Below the pieces are notes generated by a model that was not told the DNA's origin, ran no database searches, and saw only the letters and a list, made by a program, of their open reading frames with translations. The position numbers and the translations under genes are program-made. This document shows, in pieces, positions 19,672 through 30,521 of a stretch of DNA of 64,000 nucleotides. Within the stretch, counting starts at the first letter, position 1. Every line of letters begins with the position of its first letter. Source of the stretch: an uncultured archaeon (GTDB lineage: Archaea; Asgardarchaeota; Lokiarchaeia; Sigyniarchaeales; SOKP01); contig CAZDTP010000013.1 in assembly GCA_964508365.1 (NCBI GenBank), positions 8,290 to 72,289 on the forward strand. The letters are read 5' to 3'.

Positions 19672-21189
19672 ATGCCCCGAAATAATTTAGTGAATCAAGT
19701 TATATTAATATTGATTGACGATCTTAGAGCAGCTCATTTATTTGACTTAATTAATAAGGGAAAGACCCCAAATATAGCTCAGATTGCAGAGAATGGTATT
19801 TCAAGCCGAAATTGTATTACATCCTTTCCAAGTGTAACTTTTCCTTGCTATAGTAACATAATTATTGGTTCTTATTCGGGATACTTCCCAAAAGAGGGAA
19901 GCGGGACACCTATGTACCATTGGGTAGGAAGATCATATCCTTTAATAGAAGAAAAAAAATTTCCAATTATTAGAAATTATGGAAAAGGAAGTCATCTTTT
20001 AAAATTAAATAACGATATAGGACCAAACTGCCAAACTATTTTCGAGCAAGTTAGCGAGGGTAATTTTTTAAGTTCTTTAAATCTTATAAATAGAGGTTCA
20101 GTTTTAATCCCTCCAGTAGAATACACATCCTCTTCAATACTTAAAGGGGTTGAAAAATCATATATTGATCCTCAATCATTTTTTCCAGAAAAAGATGTTC
20201 CAAAGGTAACTGTTGCGTATATCCCTAAAACAGATGATTTAATGCACAATAAAGGCTTCGATCATCCCGAGTACATTAAAGAGGTAATCGATTGTGATAG
20301 ATACATCGGTTCATTAATTAAAACTCTTAAAAACACAGGTTATTATGATTCAACCGCTATAGCAATAATATCTGATCACGGAAATTATAGGTCAGAGAAG
20401 ATGTATGACATCGCCCCTTTTTTTAAAGAAAGCGGATTTACCCAATATTTACCTAAGAACGGAACTGGCGATTTCGACTGTCATATGGGGGGTCTTGGAT
20501 TTTTTAACTTCCCTGGAGACGATTGGTACCATCATCCAACTCTCGAACAGTTGAAAAGATTTATTCCCAACGGTGTTGGCAGCAAAGAGTTAGATGTGTT
20601 TGAAACTTTATGGAAAATTCCAGGCGTAAAGGCAATGTATTACAGAGATAACGACAACACCCCAGACAAAGGTATAATTTACCTTGAACATAAAAAAGAG
20701 GAAACGGGAAAAAAGTTCACCGATATTATTGAATACGAAGGGCATGGAAAAAACCAAAAAACTAAATATATTCCCGATGATAGAGATTTCTATAAATATA
20801 GTAAATATGAGGAATCTGCGCGGCTCATAGATGGAAAATCGCACAATATTGATGAATGGTTAAAAGTTACTAATCTGATTGATTTTCCTATCTTAGTTGA
20901 CCAAGTACCACGCTATTTTAAAAATCCCCGATCTTGCGACATATTAACTTCCACGCTTGGAGAGTACGGATTTGGATATGAGCATGGAAAAACTGTAGCT
21001 TCTACTCCGTATAGTCATGATATAGGAATTAAAAAGTCTATGACAGTTCCCTTTATAATTGGGGGTTCTCCTAATGTACCTTCATTAGAATTACCATACT
21101 GCAAGACGACAGATATGGTTCCGACTCTATTATATTTATTGGGAGAAAAACCACATTATAGCGTCGTAGGGAAGTCAGTTATCGGTTAA
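19672..21189 (+). CDS. Alkaline phosphatase superfamily, nucleotide pyrophosphatase/phosphodiesterase type
   Basis: IDDLR, FPSVTFP (Thr nucleophile), DDLMH, SDHG and SHD metal motifs. Confidence 0.82.
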   Translation: MPRNNLVNQVILILIDDLRAAHLFDLINKGKTPNIAQIAENGISSRNCITSFPSVTFPCYSNIIIGSYSGYFPKEGSGTPMYHWVGRSYPLIEEKKFPIIRNYGKGSHLLKLNNDIGPNCQTIFEQVSEGNFLSSLNLINRGSVLIPPVEYTSSSILKGVEKSYIDPQSFFPEKDVPKVTVAYIPKTDDLMHNKGFDHPEYIKEVIDCDRYIGSLIKTLKNTGYYDSTAIAIISDHGNYRSEKMYDIAPFFKESGFTQYLPKNGTGDFDCHMGGLGFFNFPGDDWYHHPTLEQLKRFIPNGVGSKELDVFETLWKIPGVKAMYYRDNDNTPDKGIIYLEHKKEETGKKFTDIIEYEGHGKNQKTKYIPDDRDFYKYSKYEESARLIDGKSHNIDEWLKVTNLIDFPILVDQVPRYFKNPRSCDILTSTLGEYGFGYEHGKTVASTPYSHDIGIKKSMTVPFIIGGSPNVPSLELPYCKTTDMVPTLLYLLGEKPHYSVVGKSVIG

Positions 21190-21266
21190 ACTAAGTTTGA
21201 GATCAATTTGAAAAATGTTTATAATTTTTATTCCTTTTCGTTAATAAGTAGAAACTAAATATATAT

Positions 21267-24077
21267 ATGGTAATACGTATTAAAATGAAAGCTAATCACA
21301 TAATTATCGTTCCTGAAACGCATTGGGACAGAGAGTGGTATCTTCCTTTCCAGGAATATCGCGCAAGACTTGTTATTTTGTTAGACAAGCTTTTAGAAAT
21401 TTTAAGAAGCAATTCAGAATATAAAAATTTTACATTCGATGGTCAAACTATCCCATTAGAAGATTATCTTGAGGTTCGTCCAGATTGTGAAGATGAGATA
21501 AAAAGATATGTTAAAGAGAAAAGACTATCCATCGGCCCAATGTATATTTTACCCGACGAATTTTTGGTTTCTGGAGAATCCTTAATAAGAAATTTGCTTA
21601 TTGGACACCAAATTGCTAGAAAATTTGGTAGAGTTATGAAAGCAGGATATATTCCCGATCCATTTGGGCATATTGCTCAACTACCACAAATACTTAAAGG
21701 GTTCGAAATTCCTTCCGTTTTGTTTTGGCGAGGATTTGGAAATGAATTTGAAGACCAAAATTTGAATATCGAATTTTTATGGAATTCCCCCGGTAATTCT
21801 AGTACAATAATAGCTATATTTTTGATGTTAAGTTATGGATCTGTAGCAGATTTGAATTTAAAATCAAAATCAGGTAAATTTAGTTCAGCACTTCATAAAA
21901 TTAAAAGGGTAATAACAAGATTTGAAGAATTTACTGCAACTCCCTATGTATTATTAAATAGTGGTTCAGATCATCACGAAGCAAGACCTGAGATTCCAGC
22001 ATTAGTAAAGCAGTGGAACGATTTATATCCTGATAAGGTTTTAGAACAAAATGATTTCGAATACTATGTAGACAAGGTTTTAAACTATAATCCAGAATTA
22101 AAATCATTTCAAGGAGAATTGAGGGGTGGAAAGTATGCTCATTTACTTTCTGGAGTTTTTTCAGCTCGCATGTGGATTAAACAGAGAAATACAGCTATCG
22201 AGTATTTGTATGAAAAATACACAGAGCCACTATCTGCTATTACATGGGCACTCGATAAATATAAAAAATTTCACTATCCTAAGGATTATATTCTAACGGG
22301 TTTAAAATGGCTCATTAAAAATCACCCACATGACTCTATTTGTGGCTGTTCAATTGATCAGGTACACGATGAAATGGAAACAAGATTTGATTGGGCCGAA
22401 CAAATCGGAAATGAAGTTTTTAAAAACACGATGATTTATTTGTACGACTTAATCTCAATTGAAAATGAGAAAAATAAGATACCTATAATTATTTTTAACC
22501 CACTTCCTTGGAAAAGGAAAGATTTAGCCCATTTCAACATTATTTCTAATACCAACAAAACTGGTTTCAAATCCCCAGAAAATTTTAAAATTACTGATTC
22601 GAATGGTACAAATGTTCCGTATCAGTTTGTTCAATGCGAAGAAGAACCTAGATATAGAGTGGTATATTCAATCAGCTTTTATTGCTCATTCTTAGCCGAA
22701 GTGCCTGCTTGTGGGTATAAAGTATATTATATTATTCCAGGAGAGAAACCCGATAAAGTCGATCTTAATGAAAATAAATTAAAGCTAAACATAAACAGTA
22801 TTGAAAATCAATTTTACCTTATTAATGTTAATTTTAAAGGTCAAATTAATGTTTTAGATAAAAATTCGGGTAGATTATATGAAAATATCTGTTTCTTCGA
22901 AGACGAAGGAGATTGGGGGGATGAATACGATTTTTCAGGACCACTTGAAAATCAAACGGATCTTAAATTCACATCTGAAGATTTGAATATTATGGAAATT
23001 TTGCCATTGATTGATGGTTTAACTCAAAAAACGCTTAAGATTAGAGCAAATCTTAATTTACCTGCGTCTTTATCGGAGGATAGGTATGTGAGAGACGAAT
23101 ATCTGGTTTCCAATTTAATTGATATTTACATCACACTTTATAATGATATTAAGCGAATAGATTTTAAAATTGTTTTAGAAAATGCGAGTAGAGATCACAG
23201 AATTCGCGTGCTCTTTCCTTCAAAAATTAAATCTAAAAGAGTATATAGCGATGGACACTTTTATGTCAATCCTCGAAATATAGAACTACCTGAAGCTGAA
23301 AGTTGGGCTCAGAAACCATTGCCCACAAACCATCAGAAAGATTTCGTGTCAATTAGCGATGATTCAATAACTTTTTCGGTTTTAAACAAAGGATTACCAG
23401 AATACGAAGCTTTAATTAACGATGATAATACAATATCTTTAGCTATTACTTTACTTCGCAGTATTGAATGGTTATCTCGGCATGATTTTGCTTCGAGAAG
23501 AAATAACGCGGGCCCAGACTTAAACACACCAAAAGCTCAATGTATTGGCAAACATACATTCGAACTCTCTCTTGTTATTGAAGATGGTAAATCTGACTGG
23601 TTAACAAGCCAAACACATGTTAGAGGAAAAGAATTTAATAATCCCTTTTATGTTATCGCACCTGATATTGTGAGGACTTCAATAAGAGCGTCTGATAAAA
23701 TTGTTTTAACACCATTTGGGATTATTTCATACTTTAATGAAGCAAAGCGGCAACAACTTCTCCCATTTTTGCCCTCAGAGTTAAGCTTTTTAGATGTAGA
23801 GAATAAAAATATTATCCTAAGTGCATTGAAAAAGACGGAACAAGGTGATGATTTGATCCTTAGATTTTATAATATATCTCCAAAAACGGAAGATACTATA
23901 GTATCTATCTGTAATTTCTTACAAATTCAACACATCGAAATAGTGAATTTTTTAGAGGAGAAACCTAAATCGGAAATAAAAGCAAATCTTGAATTTAAAT
24001 CCGGTAACACGTTCACTCTCAAAATGGAGCCTCATGTCATTACAACTATTAAAGTACACACTCGTTTGACTCAATAA
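21267..24077 (+). CDS. Glycoside hydrolase family 38 alpha-mannosidase (MngB-like)
   Basis: THWDREWY, FDGQT, PDEFLVSGESLIRNL, PDPFGH, HPHDSICGCSID, LTLLR-like motifs. Confidence 0.92.
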   Translation: MVIRIKMKANHIIIVPETHWDREWYLPFQEYRARLVILLDKLLEILRSNSEYKNFTFDGQTIPLEDYLEVRPDCEDEIKRYVKEKRLSIGPMYILPDEFLVSGESLIRNLLIGHQIARKFGRVMKAGYIPDPFGHIAQLPQILKGFEIPSVLFWRGFGNEFEDQNLNIEFLWNSPGNSSTIIAIFLMLSYGSVADLNLKSKSGKFSSALHKIKRVITRFEEFTATPYVLLNSGSDHHEARPEIPALVKQWNDLYPDKVLEQNDFEYYVDKVLNYNPELKSFQGELRGGKYAHLLSGVFSARMWIKQRNTAIEYLYEKYTEPLSAITWALDKYKKFHYPKDYILTGLKWLIKNHPHDSICGCSIDQVHDEMETRFDWAEQIGNEVFKNTMIYLYDLISIENEKNKIPIIIFNPLPWKRKDLAHFNIISNTNKTGFKSPENFKITDSNGTNVPYQFVQCEEEPRYRVVYSISFYCSFLAEVPACGYKVYYIIPGEKPDKVDLNENKLKLNINSIENQFYLINVNFKGQINVLDKNSGRLYENICFFEDEGDWGDEYDFSGPLENQTDLKFTSEDLNIMEILPLIDGLTQKTLKIRANLNLPASLSEDRYVRDEYLVSNLIDIYITLYNDIKRIDFKIVLENASRDHRIRVLFPSKIKSKRVYSDGHFYVNPRNIELPEAESWAQKPLPTNHQKDFVSISDDSITFSVLNKGLPEYEALINDDNTISLAITLLRSIEWLSRHDFASRRNNAGPDLNTPKAQCIGKHTFELSLVIEDGKSDWLTSQTHVRGKEFNNPFYVIAPDIVRTSIRASDKIVLTPFGIISYFNEAKRQQLLPFLPSELSFLDVENKNIILSALKKTEQGDDLILRFYNISPKTEDTIVSICNFLQIQHIEIVNFLEEKPKSEIKANLEFKSGNTFTLKMEPHVITTIKVHTRLTQ

Positions 24078-24110
24078 TCTTTGTGATAAGAAAGAAGAGA
24101 GAACTATAAA

Positions 24111-24701
24111 ATGTGGAAATCAAAACTTCTCGAATCTGTTAAGACCTTTACACATCCAGCATGGGGGATAATTCATTTTCAAAGAGTTTACGAATTAGCG
24201 ATTAAATTAGCTGAAAAGCAAAATTTAGATGTAGATAGCGATTCGTTGTTTGCTGCTGCATATCTACATGATATTGGAGCTTTCGCACCATATCGTCAAA
24301 AAGGAAAAGATCACTCTGATGTTGCACTCGAAAACTGCTCAGAAATACTCTTATCTATCGGTTTTCCAAAAGATAAAATCGATATCGTTAAAGACATTAT
24401 TAAGTGTCATATGTTTTATGTTAAACCTTCTGATATTAAGGAGTCTATAATTTTTCATGATGCGGATACGCTTGATTTTATGGGTACTATAGGTATTTCA
24501 AGAATACTTGCGATTGTAGGAATAGAAGATTGGACTCCTGACTTAAAAAGCGCGATTTTTCTTATTCAAAAGTTCCATGATGAGTTACCCCTACAATTAT
24601 ATACAAAAGCAGCAAAAGAAATAGGTAATGAGCGGATGTTTGAAATGAGGGACTTCTTAGCTAAATTATCTCAGCAAACAAATAATTTTGAATTGATATA
24701 A
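24111..24701 (+). CDS. HD-domain phosphohydrolase
   Basis: HFQRV...LHDIG...HDADTLD. Confidence 0.85.
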   Translation: MWKSKLLESVKTFTHPAWGIIHFQRVYELAIKLAEKQNLDVDSDSLFAAAYLHDIGAFAPYRQKGKDHSDVALENCSEILLSIGFPKDKIDIVKDIIKCHMFYVKPSDIKESIIFHDADTLDFMGTIGISRILAIVGIEDWTPDLKSAIFLIQKFHDELPLQLYTKAAKEIGNERMFEMRDFLAKLSQQTNNFELI

Positions 24702-24852
24702 TAAATAGTCAATATTATTTTTATTTAGAAAAAATTAATTCTCGTAAACTAATTTTTCCAATTATATAATTAATACTATTGGTTATGTGAAACGATTTTT
24801 ATTCTAGGGCTCTTTAGTCACAAAAAATACAAAAAGAGATAATTATTAATTT

Positions 24853-25962
24853 ATGAAAGAATTTGACATCGTAGTTATAGGAGCTGGTCCTGGCGGTTCA
24901 ATAGCAGCAAAAGTCGCAGCTGATAATGGATATTCAACTTGTTTTATAGAAAAAGAGAAACTCGAAAAAAGCGGACGGTATAAAGCGTGTGGTGGAGCAA
25001 TGGCATGGGAACTTATCGAAGAAATTGATTATCCTGAAGATAAGATTGGCCGCGTTATCGAATCTCTGGAACTTCATCATGTTGATGGTGAAAATTTTTC
25101 AAAAAAAGGTAAAGGTGCAGTCGTGTGGAGAGATTTATTTGATAAATTCTTAACAGACTTAGCGACTGAGAGTGGAGCTATATTAAAAGATAACGAGCAA
25201 TTGATTAATATCAAAAAAAATAAAGCTGGTTATCAAATTTCAACTAGGAAAGAGGAATACAAAGCTAAATACGTAATTGCCGCTGATGGTGTTTCCTCTC
25301 CGACTCTAAAACTCTTAGGCTGGCCTTTTTTCAAGAGTCAAGATGTAGTTTTAACGATTACTAAAGAAATGAATTCAACAAAACCTTATATTGATAAAAT
25401 TCTTGGAAACGATACTGTTCACTTATTTTTTGGGATCAAGGACTTAATATCTGTAGGTTATGCTTGGTTGTTCCCAAAAACAAACAAAATCACTGTTGGT
25501 TGGGGTAACCAAATTGACTTAGTAAAGAATTCAAGAAAAGAGTTTGAAAAGTTTTGGGCGCTTCCATTTGTAAAGGAAGCCTTGAAAAATTCCACAATGG
25601 AGATCTTTAAACCTCATCTAATTCCCGTAGGACTTAGACCGAAGCTTTATGAGGAGAAAGTATTTGCTGTGGGTGATGCAGGGGGTATGGTTGATCCTAT
25701 AAGTGGAAAAGGAATCCCCTATGCTATGATGTCGGGTCAAATTGCTATTGAATCTATAAAAACTTGCGAGAAAAAAGACAGAATCGATAAATTAGAAACC
25801 ACATACGAAAATTCTTTAGATCGGAAATTCCTTAGGATACTGAAAGCAAAGAGAATAGTTAGAGACAAGATATTCAAAGATGATGATAGTCTAAAAAAAT
25901 TTTTAAGATTGTGGGAAAAGCATCGTGCTTCCGAAATAGTTATGAAAAATTTATTGGATTAG
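24853..25962 (+). CDS. Geranylgeranyl reductase family flavoprotein
   Basis: GAGPGG, KACGG, ADG, GYAWLFP, GDAGG and DPISGKGI motifs. Confidence 0.85.
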   Translation: MKEFDIVVIGAGPGGSIAAKVAADNGYSTCFIEKEKLEKSGRYKACGGAMAWELIEEIDYPEDKIGRVIESLELHHVDGENFSKKGKGAVVWRDLFDKFLTDLATESGAILKDNEQLINIKKNKAGYQISTRKEEYKAKYVIAADGVSSPTLKLLGWPFFKSQDVVLTITKEMNSTKPYIDKILGNDTVHLFFGIKDLISVGYAWLFPKTNKITVGWGNQIDLVKNSRKEFEKFWALPFVKEALKNSTMEIFKPHLIPVGLRPKLYEEKVFAVGDAGGMVDPISGKGIPYAMMSGQIAIESIKTCEKKDRIDKLETTYENSLDRKFLRILKAKRIVRDKIFKDDDSLKKFLRLWEKHRASEIVMKNLLD

Positions 25963-26044
25963 GTGATAAAATATCAAATTTATTCCATATTCAAAACTGT
26001 ATAAACCAAAAATTAATGTCGCGATTGGTTCTATTTTTAACAGA

Positions 26045-27040
26045 ATGACTGACCAAATGGAAAATAAGTTTTTAATAGATTATTATTCTGAAATGAAAGA
26101 TTATTTTTTAGCAGGAGGCAAGAGAATCAGACCATTGCTGACTATTGCAGCATATAATGGGATTACAAATACAACGGAAGACGAAATAGTTCTTCCAAGT
26201 ATAGGGATAGAATTTTTACATAATGCAACTTTAATTCATGACGACATCATAGACAAGGACAATTTTCGACGGGGCAAACCTGCTTTTCACTATAAATTTG
26301 CGCAGTATCACTCGAAATATCAGTTTAAGAAAATGAATGCTGCAGATTTTGGAACCAGCATAGGTATCATTGGGGGAGATACAGCGTTTATTGTGGGCTC
26401 ACAGGCTTACTTCAACAACAATTTTGCGATGGATTTAAATCTTAATTCAATTCAATTTTACAGACAGGCCTTTACTGAGGTAATTCATGGTGTCTTAATT
26501 GAAATTGATATGGTAAATCAGAAAAATCTATCAATCGATGAGTATATCAATATGATTTCGCTTAAAACTGGAGCTCTTATTGAAAAATCAATCCTAATTG
26601 GAGCAAGCTACGCAAAAATTGAGAAAGAATACACCCCTTATTTGTCAACATATGGTGTAAACTTAGGGATTATTTTTCAAATAATTGATGATATCTTAGG
26701 AACATTTGGGGACGAAAAGGTAACTGGAAAACCTATAGATGGAGATATTCGCGAAGGTAAACGCACTTGCTTGTTAATTGAAGCTATAAACAATTTAGGT
26801 GTAAAAAAGAAGGAGTACTTAGTCAACCTTATGTCGAAATCAGAGATGAGTGAAGAAGAAGTAGAAGAAGTAAGAGACATATTTAAGGAAGCAGATGCAA
26901 TTAATTCATGTAAAATGCTTGCTTCTAAATATTACGAAGAAGCAAAGGATGCACTTGAGAATTTGAAACCAGTTGTGAACGAATCCGAAATAGAACTTTT
27001 TGGAAATTTACTAAAATTTGTATTAGAAAGAGAATTTTAA
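26045..27040 (+). CDS. trans-Polyprenyl diphosphate synthase (IdsA/GGPP synthase family)
   Basis: GGKRIRP, first Asp-rich motif DDIID, RRG, KTG, second motif FQIIDDILG, GK..GD..EGK. Confidence 0.9.
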   Translation: MTDQMENKFLIDYYSEMKDYFLAGGKRIRPLLTIAAYNGITNTTEDEIVLPSIGIEFLHNATLIHDDIIDKDNFRRGKPAFHYKFAQYHSKYQFKKMNAADFGTSIGIIGGDTAFIVGSQAYFNNNFAMDLNLNSIQFYRQAFTEVIHGVLIEIDMVNQKNLSIDEYINMISLKTGALIEKSILIGASYAKIEKEYTPYLSTYGVNLGIIFQIIDDILGTFGDEKVTGKPIDGDIREGKRTCLLIEAINNLGVKKKEYLVNLMSKSEMSEEEVEEVRDIFKEADAINSCKMLASKYYEEAKDALENLKPVVNESEIELFGNLLKFVLEREF

Positions 27041-27063
27041 ATACCATACATAGTCTTTATTTA

Positions 27064-27069
27064 AGGTGA
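27064..27069 (+). promoter_or_regulatory. Shine-Dalgarno AGGTGA supporting the TTG start of ubiX
   Basis: AGGTGA 6 nt upstream of TTG 27076. Confidence 0.5.
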
Positions 27070-27075
27070 AAATAT

Positions 27076-27627
27076 TTGGTACTTGTTGCAATTACTGGCG
27101 CTAGCGGTATTGAATTAGCAGTAATTTTACTCCAGCAATTGAAGAAAGCTGGATTAGAGACAGAACTAATTATCACAAAAGTAGCCGAAAAAATCATAAA
27201 CATTGAAACGGATTATCAGGTAGATAATATAATTGAATTGTCTGATAAATATCATGATGTTGATGATTTAACAGCAGGTCCTGCTAGCGGTTCTTATAAA
27301 AATAACATTATGATAATAATCCCATGTTCTATGAAAACATTAGCAGCAATTGCTAACGGTTATACGGATAACTTGATTACTAGAGCGGCAGATGTGATAA
27401 TAAAAGAACAAAGGAAGCTAATCTTAGTTGTAAGAGAAAGTCCCTTCAGCGCAATTCACTTAGAAAATATGCTAAAGCTATCCAGATTGGGTGTTGTTAT
27501 TGCGCCACCAATACCATCTTATTATATAAAACCTAAAAGTATCAAAGAAGTTAACGAATATTTCGTTGGAAGAATACTTGATCACATCGGTGTTGATAGC
27601 GATATCAAGAGATGGGGAGATAAGTAG
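27076..27627 (+). CDS. ubiX: Flavin prenyltransferase UbiX
   Basis: AITGASG, ASGS, PCSMKTLA, RAADV and RESP motifs. Confidence 0.92.
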   Translation: MVLVAITGASGIELAVILLQQLKKAGLETELIITKVAEKIINIETDYQVDNIIELSDKYHDVDDLTAGPASGSYKNNIMIIIPCSMKTLAAIANGYTDNLITRAADVIIKEQRKLILVVRESPFSAIHLENMLKLSRLGVVIAPPIPSYYIKPKSIKEVNEYFVGRILDHIGVDSDIKRWGDK

Positions 27628-27646
27628 ATAAGATAAAACTATATTG

Positions 27647-28741
27647 CTATTGATTTAACCAGAGGTATAAATCACCAATAATAACACATTTCTCCCGTTT
27701 GTTTTTCAATTCACTCAAATTGTTCAAATTCATTAGCCATAAACTTGAGCGTAATTCATTTTTCAGCGTTCTTATTTCCCTTACGGTATTTGATATCGTA
27801 TTGTTTTTCCTATCTTGCCATGAGGATTTTAAGAATTTATAAGCAAACCCACCAACATCGGCACCGAGTACAATCGATTTAGCAATATCAATTCCAGTTT
27901 TTAATCCACCGGTAGCAATAGTTAATTTTTGAGATACTTTTCGTACATTGACAATACTGACGGGTGTAGGAATCCCCCATTCCCTAAATACATCTGCTGG
28001 GTTTCGGGAATATCTATCATTATCAAAATTATTACGCTTTGATTCTATCGCAGCAAAACTCGTACCACCAGTTCCTCCAACATCAAATCCATCAAAACCT
28101 AACTCATCAAGCATTAAAGCAAGATCTTGATTAATACCGGTACCAACTTCTTTTGCGATAAGAGGAATCTTAGTTTTTTCTCTAATTTTCTTGAAATTTT
28201 GTCTAAAATTTCTATACGAAATATTGCCCTTATATTGAACAAGTTCGTGTAAAGCATTTAGGTGAATAGCCATCACATCAGCATTTACCATATCGATACA
28301 AGCAGTCAAATCTTCTTGGCTAAAATAAGTTGAGCTTACCTGACCTAAACCCAGATTTCCAATAACAGGAATAGTAGGAGCAAATTCACGTACGATTTTA
28401 AAAGAGTCTATAGTTGATGGATCTTCTAATCCAATTCGCTGACTTCCAACACTCATGATGATATTTTCTTCTTCTGCAGCTTTGGCTAGGATCTTATTGA
28501 CCTCTTTTGAAACAGGATGTCCTCCAGTTATCGCCGAAATGCAAACAGGCGCGGAAATTTTCTTATTAAAGAAATTTACTGTAAGATCAATCTCCTCGAG
28601 ATCAATTTCAGGAATAGCGTGGTGAATTAGTTTGATATCGTCAAAATAGTTAATAGAATGTTGTACGTCGTATTCTATAGGAATTTTTAGATGTTCTTCC
28701 TTTCTATTGAATATTTCTTTAGTTTGTTCTGGTTTAGGCAT
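27647..28741 (-). CDS. fni: Type 2 isopentenyl-diphosphate isomerase
   Basis: RKEEH, SAITGG, VGSQR, HLNALHE, KEVGTG, GGTGGTSF, WGIPT. Confidence 0.93.
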   Translation of the reverse strand: MPKPEQTKEIFNRKEEHLKIPIEYDVQHSINYFDDIKLIHHAIPEIDLEEIDLTVNFFNKKISAPVCISAITGGHPVSKEVNKILAKAAEEENIIMSVGSQRIGLEDPSTIDSFKIVREFAPTIPVIGNLGLGQVSSTYFSQEDLTACIDMVNADVMAIHLNALHELVQYKGNISYRNFRQNFKKIREKTKIPLIAKEVGTGINQDLALMLDELGFDGFDVGGTGGTSFAAIESKRNNFDNDRYSRNPADVFREWGIPTPVSIVNVRKVSQKLTIATGGLKTGIDIAKSIVLGADVGGFAYKFLKSSWQDRKNNTISNTVREIRTLKNELRSSLWLMNLNNLSELKNKREKCVIIGDLYLWLNQ

Positions 28742-28756
28742 ATTATCTTTTTCAAA

Positions 28757-29572
28757 TTATTCATTAATTAATATATTTGTACAATTTAAATTTTGATTCG
28801 TTAATGAGTTAAGGATATAACCTTCGATTAATCCATTTATTAATTGGACAGGAATTTTGGATTTACAGATAGTTTTGATGAAATCAAGTTTACCTCTTAT
28901 ACCACCTGTAACATCTATCTTTTGACCGAGATCTGCTAAATCTAAACTATCTAATTCGTTGGAATAACATTCTGTTACTATTTTAGAATTATCACTGTTA
29001 TCCTTATCAATGACATATAATCCATCAGATTCCATAGCAAAAACAACTTTTGAGATATGATAATTTTGTAGATTTTGACATAACGCCAAAATTATTTGAT
29101 CTCCAGAAATAATAGAGAAAGAACCTTGCTTATCAAGTATAATATCACCGTATAGAATCGGCGTTATGCCCAAGTCTAAAGTAGTTTCAATAACATCCAA
29201 AGATTTAGTTAAAAGGATTTCAGAATCTTTAATAAAGATACTAGAAGCTTGAATTGATAAAACAGGGTAATTTAATTCTAAAAAATGATTAATTAAATAG
29301 GTATTAAACTTATTCATAGATTGATGGGTTTGAGCAACCCCAAGAATTTGATTAGGAATAGAGCTATCAAGACCTTTAGAAATATTAAATTTTTTTGCTA
29401 AAGGATGACCAAATGAACCACCACCATGGATTAAAATAAGTCTTTCATTTGCTTCAATAATCTGGTGAATGGCACTTTTAATAACATCTTCTCTAATGGA
29501 AAATGGTTCGTTTTTGTCAGTGAGTAAACTTCCTCCTAATTTTAATAGAATTACTTCTTTATTACTATTCAA
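28757..29572 (-). CDS. Isopentenyl phosphate kinase
   Basis: LKLGGSLLTDK, HGGGSFGH, GD, SGD and DVTGG motifs; pathway context. Confidence 0.9.
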   Translation of the reverse strand: MNSNKEVILLKLGGSLLTDKNEPFSIREDVIKSAIHQIIEANERLILIHGGGSFGHPLAKKFNISKGLDSSIPNQILGVAQTHQSMNKFNTYLINHFLELNYPVLSIQASSIFIKDSEILLTKSLDVIETTLDLGITPILYGDIILDKQGSFSIISGDQIILALCQNLQNYHISKVVFAMESDGLYVIDKDNSDNSKIVTECYSNELDSLDLADLGQKIDVTGGIRGKLDFIKTICKSKIPVQLINGLIEGYILNSLTNQNLNCTNILINE

Positions 29573-29585
29573 ATCTACCTAACAC

Positions 29586-30521
29586 TCATCCAATCATTGT
29601 TTTCCAGGCGTTAAAACCTTCATTTTCCATAGCATTTGCAATATTATGCTGAACATCTTGGTTTTCGGCTAATGCAATAACCAATCCACCGCGACCAGTT
29701 CCTGTCAACTTTGCGCCTAATGCTCCATTATTTAACGATATTTCCACTAATTTATCGTTTATTTCTCCCGAAACCGATATTTCTTGGAGCAATTTATGAT
29801 TTTGGTTCATTAATTTACCAATGCTAAGGGCATCACCCTCAAGCAACGCTTGTTTAGCATCTATTGCTAGTGAATGGTAATCACTAAATATCTTCTCAAA
29901 TCTAACTGGATTGGCTTCCTTAAGTTTACGAACATCAGCAACTACTTCTGCAGTGGAGGCTGTAATTGCGGTGTTTCCAATTACTAACGGCATCTTTTTT
30001 CCCGAATTAACAATTTCCATTTTATTTTTTCCACCGTTTAGGTTTTTTTCGAACCATATTAGGCCCCCATAAGTAGACGCTGTATTATCAATTCCTGATG
30101 GGGTTCCGTGATATGCTTTTTCGCCTTCGTAGGCAGCTTCGTTAATCTTTTCGTCATCCAGCATCAGAGTAAAACTATCGTTTATTGCACGGGCTAGAGA
30201 AGTAGCTTGTGCAGCAGAAGCACCAACACCACTGGCGGCAATTAAATCTCCAGAAAAAGTTATTTCAAGTTTCTGGGATCCAACATCTGTGTTCATGTGT
30301 TCAATAACATTCTTAATGGATTGCATTGCCTCGTCGTATTTTTTCTCTTTATAACCTGGAGTGGCAGGACGTTGATCGATAACTTCCCAACCTATTCCAT
30401 CAACCACTTTAATTTCAGCAGTTGTATAAGAACCTAATGCTGAGGCAATAGCAGGGAGTCCATAAACGACAAAATGTTCGCCGAATAATATCGTTTTGCC
30501 ATATCCCTTTCCAGATCCCAT
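29586..30521 (-). CDS. mvk: Mevalonate kinase
   Basis: ILFGEHFVVYG, SGVGASAA, SGID, KLTGTGRGG. Confidence 0.92.
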   Translation of the reverse strand: MGSGKGYGKTILFGEHFVVYGLPAIASALGSYTTAEIKVVDGIGWEVIDQRPATPGYKEKKYDEAMQSIKNVIEHMNTDVGSQKLEITFSGDLIAASGVGASAAQATSLARAINDSFTLMLDDEKINEAAYEGEKAYHGTPSGIDNTASTYGGLIWFEKNLNGGKNKMEIVNSGKKMPLVIGNTAITASTAEVVADVRKLKEANPVRFEKIFSDYHSLAIDAKQALLEGDALSIGKLMNQNHKLLQEISVSGEINDKLVEISLNNGALGAKLTGTGRGGLVIALAENQDVQHNIANAMENEGFNAWKTMIG

